NCBI GenBank assembly: GCA_963775425.1
Contig: CAVZJB010000004.1
Coordinates: forward strand, 320,001 to 384,000
Reading direction: 5' to 3'
From: an uncultured delta proteobacterium
GTDB taxonomy: Bacteria; Myxococcota; UBA727; VGSZ01
DNA: 64,000 bases
Shown: positions 10,374 to 18,314 of the stretch, piece by piece
How the letters are laid out: each line of letters opens with the position of its first letter
Position numbering within the stretch: the stretch's first letter is position 1
Notes under the pieces: generated by a model
The model's input: the letters and a program-made list of their open reading frames with translations, nothing else
Database searches by the model: none
What the model was told of the DNA's origin: nothing
Made by a program: the position numbers and the translations under genes

Positions 10374-11740
10374 TTGAGGTCCTCGACCGTGAAGACGACT
10401 TCGCCTTCCTTGGGCGAGAGCGCGACCACCGCGAAGATGCCGCCCGCCACCGCCGCCGCCGCCACCACCGCCCCGGCGGTGATGCCGACCGGGACCCAGG
10501 GGATGCCTTCGACGACCTGCTTGGTGGTGACGGAGAGCGACGGGCTCGACGTGGAGCTGCCCGCGACGCTCACCTTCTTCTCCGGCAGCACCGACGGAGG
10601 CAGCGGCCGCTGCTCGACGCCGTCGTCCTCACCGAGGCCGAGAAACGCAGCGAGCGTGCCCGCGGCCGCCGTCACCGCGACGCCGTCCGCGAGCCGCACG
10701 GCGCCGCGCCGCGCCGTGGTGCCGTCGCCGACGTGAAACGCCGCGCCCCAAAGCCAGGCGCCGTCGTCGTCGTAGCGCGCCGTGCCGACGAGCAGCAGCG
10801 TGTCGACCTCGAGGAAGCTGCCGATCTTCCTGGCGACGGCCTCGTCGATGCCGCTGCCCGCGATGGGGCGGAGCCCGGGGCCCTCCTGCCAGAGGGCTCC
10901 CTCGAAGGCGAGATCGACGAACACGGGCGACGGGCTCTCGCCGATGGTGATCACCTTCGGAACGCTGCGGGCGCCGCCGAGCTCCACCCACACGTGGTAG
11001 CTGCCGGCGACGACGTTGGCGTCCTTGCCGAGGCTCAGCGGCGTGCGCCCCATGTCGCGCCCGTCGAGGAACACCGTGGCGCCCTGCGGCCTCGAGTCGA
11101 CGACGAGGAGGCCGGTGGGGCGCTGCACGAGGTCGCTGCGGGCGGCGGCGACGAGGGAGAGGAAGCGCGGCGGGTACTCGTCGGGGCTCGGCGCCAGCGC
11201 GGGGTTCGCGCGGAGCGCGTCGACGAGGATGGCGCGCGCCTCCCTGCCCTTCTCGGTCTCGCCGTTGCCCGACTCCTTGGGGCCGGCGAGCGCCACGAGG
11301 CGCGACGCGAGCTTCAACCGCGCGGGCTCGAGCAGCGCTTGTTTCTCCGTGGACGGATCGGGATCGTTCGCGAGCGCGCGGATGACGGAGGTGAGGATGC
11401 GCAGCGACGCGTCTTGATCGAGCGCGGCGAGCGCCTGGTCCGCCTTCGCGAGCTGGGTCTTGTATTCGGCGACCGTGTTGCCGCCGAGGTCGAGCTGGCG
11501 ATGAAAGAGCGCCCGCGTGGCGTCGGCGTCGAGCATCTCGATGCCGCGTCGCTCGAGCGCCGCGCGCACGGCGTCGGCGGCCTCGAGCGGGACGGCGCCG
11601 CCGTCGTGATCGGCGTCCACGGCGAGCACGGCGAAGCGCTCGGCGTGCGTGGCGCCGGCGAAGAGAAGGAGCGCGACGGCGCCCGCGTACGCTCGGGCGG
11701 GCAGGGCCCTCCCCAACGGGCGCTTCAGGGCGCGCCGCAT
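10370..11740 (-). CDS. PEGA domain-containing exported protein
   Basis: Signal peptide, V.SRP.GATVFLDG...GRTP PEGA motif, C-terminal hydrophobic segment; ATG overlaps deoC stop. Confidence 0.8.
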   Translation of the reverse strand: MRRALKRPLGRALPARAYAGAVALLLFAGATHAERFAVLAVDADHDGGAVPLEAADAVRAALERRGIEMLDADATRALFHRQLDLGGNTVAEYKTQLAKADQALAALDQDASLRILTSVIRALANDPDPSTEKQALLEPARLKLASRLVALAGPKESGNGETEKGREARAILVDALRANPALAPSPDEYPPRFLSLVAAARSDLVQRPTGLLVVDSRPQGATVFLDGRDMGRTPLSLGKDANVVAGSYHVWVELGGARSVPKVITIGESPSPVFVDLAFEGALWQEGPGLRPIAGSGIDEAVARKIGSFLEVDTLLLVGTARYDDDGAWLWGAAFHVGDGTTARRGAVRLADGVAVTAAAGTLAAFLGLGEDDGVEQRPLPPSVLPEKKVSVAGSSTSSPSLSVTTKQVVEGIPWVPVGITAGAVVAAAAVAGGIFAVVALSPKEGEVVFTVEDLK

Positions 11741-12663
11741 CAGTACCCCGCGCCCTTGCCCGCAGCTCCTGTGACGATGGCCACCGATGCCGACGCGCCG
11801 ATGCGGTCGGCGCCGGCCGCCGCCATCTTCTGGGCGTCCTCGGTGGTGCGCACGCCGCCCGAGGCCTTCACGCCCACGTCGCTGCCGACGATGCGGCGCA
11901 TGAGCTGCAGGTCCTCGACCGTGGCGCCGCCGCCGCCGAAGCCGGTGGACGTCTTCACGAACGCGGCGCACGCCGCCTTGGACAGCGCGCAGCCGACGAT
12001 CTTCTCGTCGTTGCTGAGCTGCGAGGTCTCGAGGATGACCTTCACCGGGTACGGGCGCGACGCCGCGACGACGCGGCAGATGTCGTCGAAGACGGCGGCG
12101 TACTCGCGGGACTTCAGCGCGCCGATGTTGATCACCATGTCGATCTCGCGGGCGCCGTTGCGCACCGCCTCACGCGCCTCGAACGCCTTGGCCGTCGGCG
12201 TCATGGCGCCGAGCGGGAAGCCGACGACGGCGATGGGCTTGACGCCGCTGCCCTGCAAGAGCTTGGCGACGAGCGGGATGTTCGACGCGTTCACGCATAC
12301 GGTCGCGAAGTGCCACTTGCGCGCCTCGTCGCAGACCTTGCGCAGGTCTTCGCTGGTGGCGTCGGGCTTCAGCAGGGTGTGGTCGATCATCGACGCGAGG
12401 TCTTCGCGCGGCTTGACGCCGCCCGCGCCGGCGCCGAAGCGGACGCCGCCGATGCCGACCAGCGTGTCGATGACGCCCTCCTTGCGGGTGACGCAGAAGC
12501 CGCAGCCGGTGCAGGTCGCGTCGGTGGCGTCGCACTGCTGCGTGGGATCGAAGCCGGGGTCGCCACCGCCCCCGCCGCCGCCGCCGACGACGCCGACGAG
12601 GCTGAGGCGAGCGGCCACCTTCTGGGCGATGACATCCACGAGCGCGTCGACGTCGGAAGACAT
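11740..12663 (-). CDS. deoC: Deoxyribose-phosphate aldolase with N-terminal extension
   Basis: IDHTLLKP, VVGFPLG, EIDMVIN, VKVILET, FVKTSTGF, VKASGG.R, RIGAS. Confidence 0.95.
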   Translation of the reverse strand: MSSDVDALVDVIAQKVAARLSLVGVVGGGGGGGGDPGFDPTQQCDATDATCTGCGFCVTRKEGVIDTLVGIGGVRFGAGAGGVKPREDLASMIDHTLLKPDATSEDLRKVCDEARKWHFATVCVNASNIPLVAKLLQGSGVKPIAVVGFPLGAMTPTAKAFEAREAVRNGAREIDMVINIGALKSREYAAVFDDICRVVAASRPYPVKVILETSQLSNDEKIVGCALSKAACAAFVKTSTGFGGGGATVEDLQLMRRIVGSDVGVKASGGVRTTEDAQKMAAAGADRIGASASVAIVTGAAGKGAGY

Positions 12664-12720
12664 GGGCGGAGCATCTCCGAAGCCGGCGCCCGGGGCAAGC
12701 TGCACGGAATGGTGCACCCA

Positions 12721-12766
12721 CCCCTGTGTCGAGGGCCCCTCGTCGAGGGGCCCCTATGTCGAGGGG
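12721..12766. repeat. Three tandem 15-16 bp self-complementary repeats CCCCT(N1-2)GTCGAGGG(G)
   Basis: cccctgtgtcgaggg / cccctcgtcgagggg / cccctatgtcgagggg read directly. Confidence 0.75.
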
Positions 12767-13251
12767 AACGCGGTGAAGACGCCTTCGAGGTAACCGCCGT
12801 CGTCGAGGTCGACGCGGAAGTGGCCCGAGATCTCGTCCGGCGTGCGCTCGTCGAGGATGACGGTGCCGCCGACGCTGCCCGAGAAGACGTTGTTCACCGA
12901 TGAGACGAGCTCGACGCCGTCTTTGCGGGTCTCGACGACCTTGTCGCCGTAGGCCACCTGCACCGAGGACAGCCCGTCGTCGCCGGTGCCGACCGCGACG
13001 GGGGTGCCGAGAGGCATGTCCGCGACCGCATGCAGGGTCACCGTGACGGTGCGGAGTGTCTCACTGTCTTGCTCCGCGAGGACCACCACAGTGTCTCGAC
13101 CCGATGCGTTCGGCTTGGACAGCGGGCTGGTGCAGCGGAGCGAAAAGCCGTCTCCCTGGACCACCCCATCGACGCTCGCAGGGACCGCGCACCCGATCGA
13201 GGCAACCGCCACGATCCCCAGCGCGAAAACCCATGCGAACGCCGACTTCAT
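12754..13251 (-). CDS. Hypothetical lipoprotein
   Basis: MKSAFAWVFALGIVAVASIGC signal/lipobox; beta-rich mature domain. Confidence 0.7.
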   Translation of the reverse strand: MKSAFAWVFALGIVAVASIGCAVPASVDGVVQGDGFSLRCTSPLSKPNASGRDTVVVLAEQDSETLRTVTVTLHAVADMPLGTPVAVGTGDDGLSSVQVAYGDKVVETRKDGVELVSSVNNVFSGSVGGTVILDERTPDEISGHFRVDLDDGGYLEGVFTAFPST

Positions 13252-13310
13252 GCTCTTGATTGTGAGCACGCGGCCGTGATCCCTCAAGTTTGCGAAATCA
13301 CAGTGTGTTC

Positions 13311-13509
13311 TTGAGACATCTGCGAGGTCCGTCACCATGGACCCGAGGATGGCGCAGGGTGTGCGCGCTTTCCTCTTTTTGACCGATGTCTCCGACACCC
13401 GTCGGAGCGCGTCCGAACGCGAAAGCGTCCGGACCACATCCTGCGCGCCCTGCGGTTGTGAGGCAGGTACGGTGCCGTACGGCCTACATCAGCGTGAGAT
13501 GTGTCTCAA
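13311..13509. ncRNA. Candidate structured RNA of unknown family
   Basis: Nested complementary segments found by eye (13311-18/13502-09; 13352-63/13435-46) plus four local hairpins, one GAAA-capped; no family recognised. Confidence 0.3.
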
Positions 13510-13516
13510 ACGGCGC

Positions 13517-14593
13517 CTAGCGTCGACGGTGATCCATCTCACGAAGGAACGTCGTTCCCTTCAGCGCCTCGATGTCCCCTGCCCCGATTCCGAACATGCT
13601 GATCCGCAGCTCCGTGAGCACGTCCTCGACGAACGCCGCCAGCGCCTCGTCGCCGGCGTTGGCGGCGACGAGCATCGGGCGCGCCATGGCGCCGACGTCG
13701 GCGCCGAGGGCGACGGCCTTGGCGACGTCGATGCCGCTGCGCAGCCCCCCGGTGGCGATGAGCGGGATGCGGGTGCTCGCGCTGCGCACCGCGCGGATGG
13801 CGTCCGTGGTCGGCGTCCCCCACTCGCCGAAGCGCAGGCCCATCTTGCGGCGGCGCTCGGTCTTGGCGCAGATGCCCTCCACCTTGGCCCACGAGGTGCC
13901 GCCCGCGCCGGCGCAGTCGATGCCGGAGATGCCGGCGTCGACCAGCGCCTTGGCGGCCTCGGCGCTCATGCCGAAGCCGACCTCCCGCGCGAACACCGGG
14001 ATGCCGTCGCGACGGAGCGCCGAGCAGAGCTCGCGGACCTTCTGCGTCATGCCGCTGAAGTCGACGTCGCCGCCCTGGGCCGCTTCCTGGATGGGGTTGA
14101 AGTGCAGGAAGAGCGCGTCGGCGCCGATCATGTCCACGGCGCGGCGCGCCTCATCGACACCCCAGCCCTTGGCGAGCTGGCCGGCGCCGAAGTTGGCGAA
14201 CAGCAGGATGTCGGGCGCGACGTCGCGCACGGCGAAGTACTGCGCGCGCGAGGCGTCCTCGATGCCGACGCGCTGGCTGCCGACGCCCATGGCGAGGCCG
14301 AAGTGCTCCGCGGCGCGCGCGAGCCGCCGGTTGAGCTCGAGGGCGCGGGGGAGGCCGCCGGTCATCGGCGCGATCATCAGAGGCGCTTCGAGGTCCTTGC
14401 CGCAGAGCTGGGTGGACAAGTCGATGTCCTCGAGGCTCAGCTCGGGGAGCGGCTGGTTCACGAAGTCGAAGCGCTCGAAGCCCGCGCTCTTGTCGTACTG
14501 CGCGGCCTCGGTGAGACACACGTCGATGTGGTGGGCCTTGGCCTGCGGATCGCGCAGCGGCCCGTCTTGCAGGTTGTCGTCGATATCCGGCAT
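13517..14593 (-). CDS. fni: Type 2 isopentenyl-diphosphate delta-isomerase (FMN-dependent)
   Basis: K..H, MTGG, GVGSQR, NPIQE, EVGFG, GGTSW, ATGGLRSGIDVAKAVALGA. Confidence 0.93.
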   Translation of the reverse strand: MPDIDDNLQDGPLRDPQAKAHHIDVCLTEAAQYDKSAGFERFDFVNQPLPELSLEDIDLSTQLCGKDLEAPLMIAPMTGGLPRALELNRRLARAAEHFGLAMGVGSQRVGIEDASRAQYFAVRDVAPDILLFANFGAGQLAKGWGVDEARRAVDMIGADALFLHFNPIQEAAQGGDVDFSGMTQKVRELCSALRRDGIPVFAREVGFGMSAEAAKALVDAGISGIDCAGAGGTSWAKVEGICAKTERRRKMGLRFGEWGTPTTDAIRAVRSASTRIPLIATGGLRSGIDVAKAVALGADVGAMARPMLVAANAGDEALAAFVEDVLTELRISMFGIGAGDIEALKGTTFLREMDHRRR

Positions 14594-14608
14594 GCGTGTT
14601 CCCCGCGC

Positions 14609-15295
14609 CTACAATGCGTTGCTCGACCAGTCGTAGGGTCGGTAATCCAGATCGAAGCGCTCGTCGAGGAGCTTGGCCCGCATCGCGGGGACGTAGCGCG
14701 CCAGGAACGCGCGCACGGCGCGCTCGGCGCCGCCGTGCGCCGGGTCACCGAAGTCGCCTGCGTACCACTCGAAGATCTGCACGACCACGATGCGGTGCGC
14801 CTTGTCGTCGACGACGACCTCCCCCGGCCGCGTCAGATAGGCGCGGGTGCGCTCCTCGAGGTCCTTGTCGATGCCGGCGCCGGTGTACGCGTGGGCGGCG
14901 AGCGGCGGGCAGTCGCGGGAGGCGCAGTTGACGACGAAGTGGACCCGGGGATCCCGGGAGACGCCGTGGGCGTCGAGGCGGCGCACGTACTTCTCCTCGA
15001 GCGCGTTGAGCGTGAGCGGCTCCTTGGCCACCGGCTCCTTCTCGGCGTCGAAGAAGCCCTTGACGTCGATGACCCGCTTTCGGCCGTGGACGAGGAACGC
15101 GCGCAGCACGCGGGCGTTGTAGGCGTTCACGTAGAACGCGAGGCGCTCGTCGTCGTTCGCCTTCGCCAGGTCGGCGACGGCGACGGCGGCGAGGTAGCCG
15201 TCGAGCGCGGCCCGCCGGGCGGCGACGGCGTCGTAGTCCACGAGCCGGCCTTTGACGGCGGCGCGGAGGATGGCGTCGAAGGCGGCGTGGTCCAT
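14609..15295 (-). CDS. DUF547 domain protein
   Basis: AFYVNAYNA, DPRVHFVVNCAS.DCP, IFEWY..DF, YDWS.N. Confidence 0.88.
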   Translation of the reverse strand: MDHAAFDAILRAAVKGRLVDYDAVAARRAALDGYLAAVAVADLAKANDDERLAFYVNAYNARVLRAFLVHGRKRVIDVKGFFDAEKEPVAKEPLTLNALEEKYVRRLDAHGVSRDPRVHFVVNCASRDCPPLAAHAYTGAGIDKDLEERTRAYLTRPGEVVVDDKAHRIVVVQIFEWYAGDFGDPAHGGAERAVRAFLARYVPAMRAKLLDERFDLDYRPYDWSSNAL

Positions 15296-15310
15296 GGCCG
15301 CACCGTAGCC

Positions 15311-16549
15311 TCAGAGCGGCTCGACGGCCACGAGCTCGACGTGGGTGGACTTCTTCACCGTGAAGGGGACGTCGACGCCGTCGTTGCCGAAGGTGGTGCC
15401 GCAGCCGACGGGCACGGTCTCGCCGCGGAGCAGCTCCGACGTCGCGGAGGTGCCCGTGCGCATCACGGAGCACTTGGGCACGAGCACCTCCCAACGCACC
15501 GCGAGGGTCCATGTCGAGGTGAAGGGCATGCCGCGCGCCACCCGCGCCGGCGCGGCGTCCTTGTCGTCGAGCGCGAAGGCGCGCGCGATGGCGTCGACGG
15601 CGCCGTCGTCGATGCGCGGCTGGCCGCTCGGCGTGGTGACGTCGACGGCCTCGACGCTGCCGTCGGCGCGGTGCCGCAAGGTGACCTCGAGCCCGACGCT
15701 CTCCGCGAGGGCGTCCCTGTGCGTCTCGAGGGCGTCGAACAGGCGCTGTTTGCGCGCGGCGTCGCTCTCCCCCGGCGCCAACGGGTTTTGCATCATCTGC
15801 TCGATGGCGCTGCCGCGGTCGTCCGAGAACGACTGCGCGAGGGCCGAGCCCTCGCCGGCGATCTTCTTGTTGAGCGCGCCCCACAAAAGCGGGTTCGCCG
15901 CCGTGCGCAACATCAACTGATCCGCGCGCACCTCCTTGCCGCCGTCGTTGAGCTCGGCGTCCTGGGGGTGCCAGACGCGCTCGACCTCGGTGCGGCGCCG
16001 GCGGAACCAGTCATCGGCGAGGCCGCGCGCGACGTCGTGCGCCGACAGGTCGGCGACCAGGCGCTGCTTCGCGAGCATCGCTGCGCGCGCGGCGTCGGAC
16101 TGCGGGCCCGGCACGGTGGCCCCCGCGAGCGTCCCGAGCGACGGCTGGGGACCCTCGGACGCCCCGCGCACCACGCCGCGCATCCGGGCCTCGCCGTCGC
16201 TTCTGGGGCCGACCGGGGCGACGTCTCCCGGCGGTGAGCCCTCGTCCGGCCGCGGCTCCCCCGCGGGAGGCGCCGCCGCCGGCACCGGCGTCGCCGGCGG
16301 CTTCGTCGAAGCGCTCGTCGGAGCGGTCGGAGCCCTCGAGGGGACCCTCACGGGCGGACGCGGCGGGCGCTCGTCCAGGCGCTCCGCGGGCGCGACGCCC
16401 TCGTCGTGGGGATGGACGAGGGCCACCGCGATGCGCGAAGCCGGCACGGGGGCGGCCTCCGCGCCGGCGAGCGCCCGCAGGATCCACCACGACGCCGCGT
16501 GCAGCACCACCGCGAGCGCGAGCCCGACGAGGAGACGTCGCCGCCACAT
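15311..16549 (-). CDS. Membrane-anchored Pro-rich protein with TonB/TolA C-terminal-like domain
   Basis: N-terminal TM with ...LH..., Pro-rich linker, DGSV..V.V..PSG...ID.GA..AI..A. Confidence 0.65.
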   Translation of the reverse strand: MWRRRLLVGLALAVVLHAASWWILRALAGAEAAPVPASRIAVALVHPHDEGVAPAERLDERPPRPPVRVPSRAPTAPTSASTKPPATPVPAAAPPAGEPRPDEGSPPGDVAPVGPRSDGEARMRGVVRGASEGPQPSLGTLAGATVPGPQSDAARAAMLAKQRLVADLSAHDVARGLADDWFRRRRTEVERVWHPQDAELNDGGKEVRADQLMLRTAANPLLWGALNKKIAGEGSALAQSFSDDRGSAIEQMMQNPLAPGESDAARKQRLFDALETHRDALAESVGLEVTLRHRADGSVEAVDVTTPSGQPRIDDGAVDAIARAFALDDKDAAPARVARGMPFTSTWTLAVRWEVLVPKCSVMRTGTSATSELLRGETVPVGCGTTFGNDGVDVPFTVKKSTHVELVAVEPL

Positions 16550-16581
16550 GCCCTTGCAGGATAGGCCGCGGGTCCCCCCAT

Positions 16582-16637
16582 GACGAGGGCGACGGGAGGC
16601 GGACGGTGACGAGGCCGACGGGGACGAGGCCGACGGG
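16582..16637. repeat. Three copies of GACGAGG(G/C)CGACGGG
   Basis: Copies at 16582, 16608 and 16623 in the intergenic spacer. Confidence 0.65.
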
Positions 16638-18305
16638 TCAGGAGTTCGGCACGGGCTCGGCCGCCGCGGTCTGCTCCGCCGTGGCCGGCGAGGGCGCGCC
16701 GGCGACCACGTCGACGGCCGGCAGCGTGGTGCCGACCATGCCGGCGATGACGTCGACGGCCGGGACGTCGTCTGTGAGGGCCTCGACGCTGATGGGACCG
16801 ACCGTCACGACGCCCGGCCCCTTGGGCACCTCCCGCGGGGCGGCCTTTTTGGGCGCCGGGCGATCGTCGACGTCCTTGACGTCGAGGCGCTCCGCGTCGG
16901 CGAGGAGGATCCGCGGGCGCGAAGGCAGCGCCGGCGCCGGCATCCCCCGCGCCTCGGGCAAGAGCGAGTAGCGCGCCCCCGCCGGAGGAATCGGGATCTT
17001 CTGTCCGCGCTCGGGGACGTCGGCGGCGTCGAGGCCGACGGCGGCGGCGAGCACGGTGCCCGACAGGCCGTACTTCTTGGCGATGGTGGCGATGCTCTCG
17101 CGCCCCGTGGACTTGTGCACCGCGCGCACCGCGCGCATGCCCCGCAGCCGCTCCCGCTCGGGCAGCGCCGCGAGCTTCTGCATGATGCGCGCGGCGTGGC
17201 CGTGAGGCACGCGCAGCGAGATGCCGTGCGGCAGCGGCAGCCTCCCGTCGCGCGCCGCCACCGTCAGGGCGGGGTTCAGGAAGTCGAGCGTGGCGGCGTC
17301 GATCTCCCCGGTGGCGACGAGCTGCGAGGTGAACATCGGGAACGGCGCGCGAATGACGTCGAAGGTCCACGCGTGCTTACGCGGGAGCCCCTTGACGCGC
17401 GAGCTGGTGATGATGTCGTGGATGGCGAGGAAGCTCGCGTAGTAGTTGCGCGCGGCGAAGCCGAAGCGGCGGTTCTTGCTGACGGCGAGGATGACGCCGA
17501 AGTCCTTGGTGCCGGCGTCGCGCGCGAGCCCCTTCATGCCCGCGCGCCCGTAGTTGTAGGACGTGATGGCCAACGGCCACGTGCCGAGCTCCTTCTTCGC
17601 CTGCTTCAGGTACTTGCACGCAGCCTCGGTCGCGAGCACCGGATCCCAGCGCTCGTCGACGACGCTGTTGAGCTGCATGTACTCCTTGCCCGTATAGGAC
17701 ATGAACTGCCAGATGCCGGCGGCGCCGACCTTGGAGCGCGCGGAGACGTAAAAGAGGCTCTCGACGAACGCCACGCCGATGAGGTCCTCGGGCAAGCCGT
17801 TTTCGCGCAGCTCCTTCTTGATGGTGGGCTCGTACAGCCCCGAGCTCGCCCAGCCGGCGATGAAGCGCTCGCGCAACCCGTTCTGCACGCGGATGTGCGC
17901 GATGCGGTTGTACTTGTCGGCGCGCTTGACGTGCTCGAGGTTGTCGAACACCTCCTTTTCGACGCCCGACAGGCCCTTCGACGACTTGGGCTTGGCCTTG
18001 GCCAGCGCGCGCAGCGCCGCCTCCACCTCCGCCTGCGCCTTCTGGATCGCCTGGTGGCGCGTCTGCCCTGCCGCGTTGCGCGCGCCGCGCCCGGGCACGG
18101 TGATGACGCGATAGACGATGCCGAGGTCTTCGTCGTCGTGGAACGCGATGTTGTTGAGCGACCAGTCGATGTAGACCTTCTTCCAGAAGGCCACGTTGGG
18201 CTCGAGCGCCGCCACCCGCGGGAAGTCGGCCGCGCGCGCCTCCCTCGCCCCACCCAGGGACGCGGCGCAGATCGCGATCGCAACGGCGAGCACCGGAACA
18301 CGCAT
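16638..18305 (-). CDS. Lytic transglycosylase (SLT domain, MltD-like) with LysM-like region
   Basis: Signal peptide; VES.F, AAGIWQFM, AITSYNYG; ESIATIAKKYG LysM-like. Confidence 0.9.
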   Translation of the reverse strand: MRVPVLAVAIAICAASLGGAREARAADFPRVAALEPNVAFWKKVYIDWSLNNIAFHDDEDLGIVYRVITVPGRGARNAAGQTRHQAIQKAQAEVEAALRALAKAKPKSSKGLSGVEKEVFDNLEHVKRADKYNRIAHIRVQNGLRERFIAGWASSGLYEPTIKKELRENGLPEDLIGVAFVESLFYVSARSKVGAAGIWQFMSYTGKEYMQLNSVVDERWDPVLATEAACKYLKQAKKELGTWPLAITSYNYGRAGMKGLARDAGTKDFGVILAVSKNRRFGFAARNYYASFLAIHDIITSSRVKGLPRKHAWTFDVIRAPFPMFTSQLVATGEIDAATLDFLNPALTVAARDGRLPLPHGISLRVPHGHAARIMQKLAALPERERLRGMRAVRAVHKSTGRESIATIAKKYGLSGTVLAAAVGLDAADVPERGQKIPIPPAGARYSLLPEARGMPAPALPSRPRILLADAERLDVKDVDDRPAPKKAAPREVPKGPGVVTVGPISVEALTDDVPAVDVIAGMVGTTLPAVDVVAGAPSPATAEQTAAAEPVPNS

Positions 18306-18314
18306 GGCTTCAGC

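Noticed and set aside
13360-13382. GAGGAAAG on the minus strand as RNase P RNA
   Set aside because: Not followed by UCC and the region is too short; other RNase P motifs not seen.
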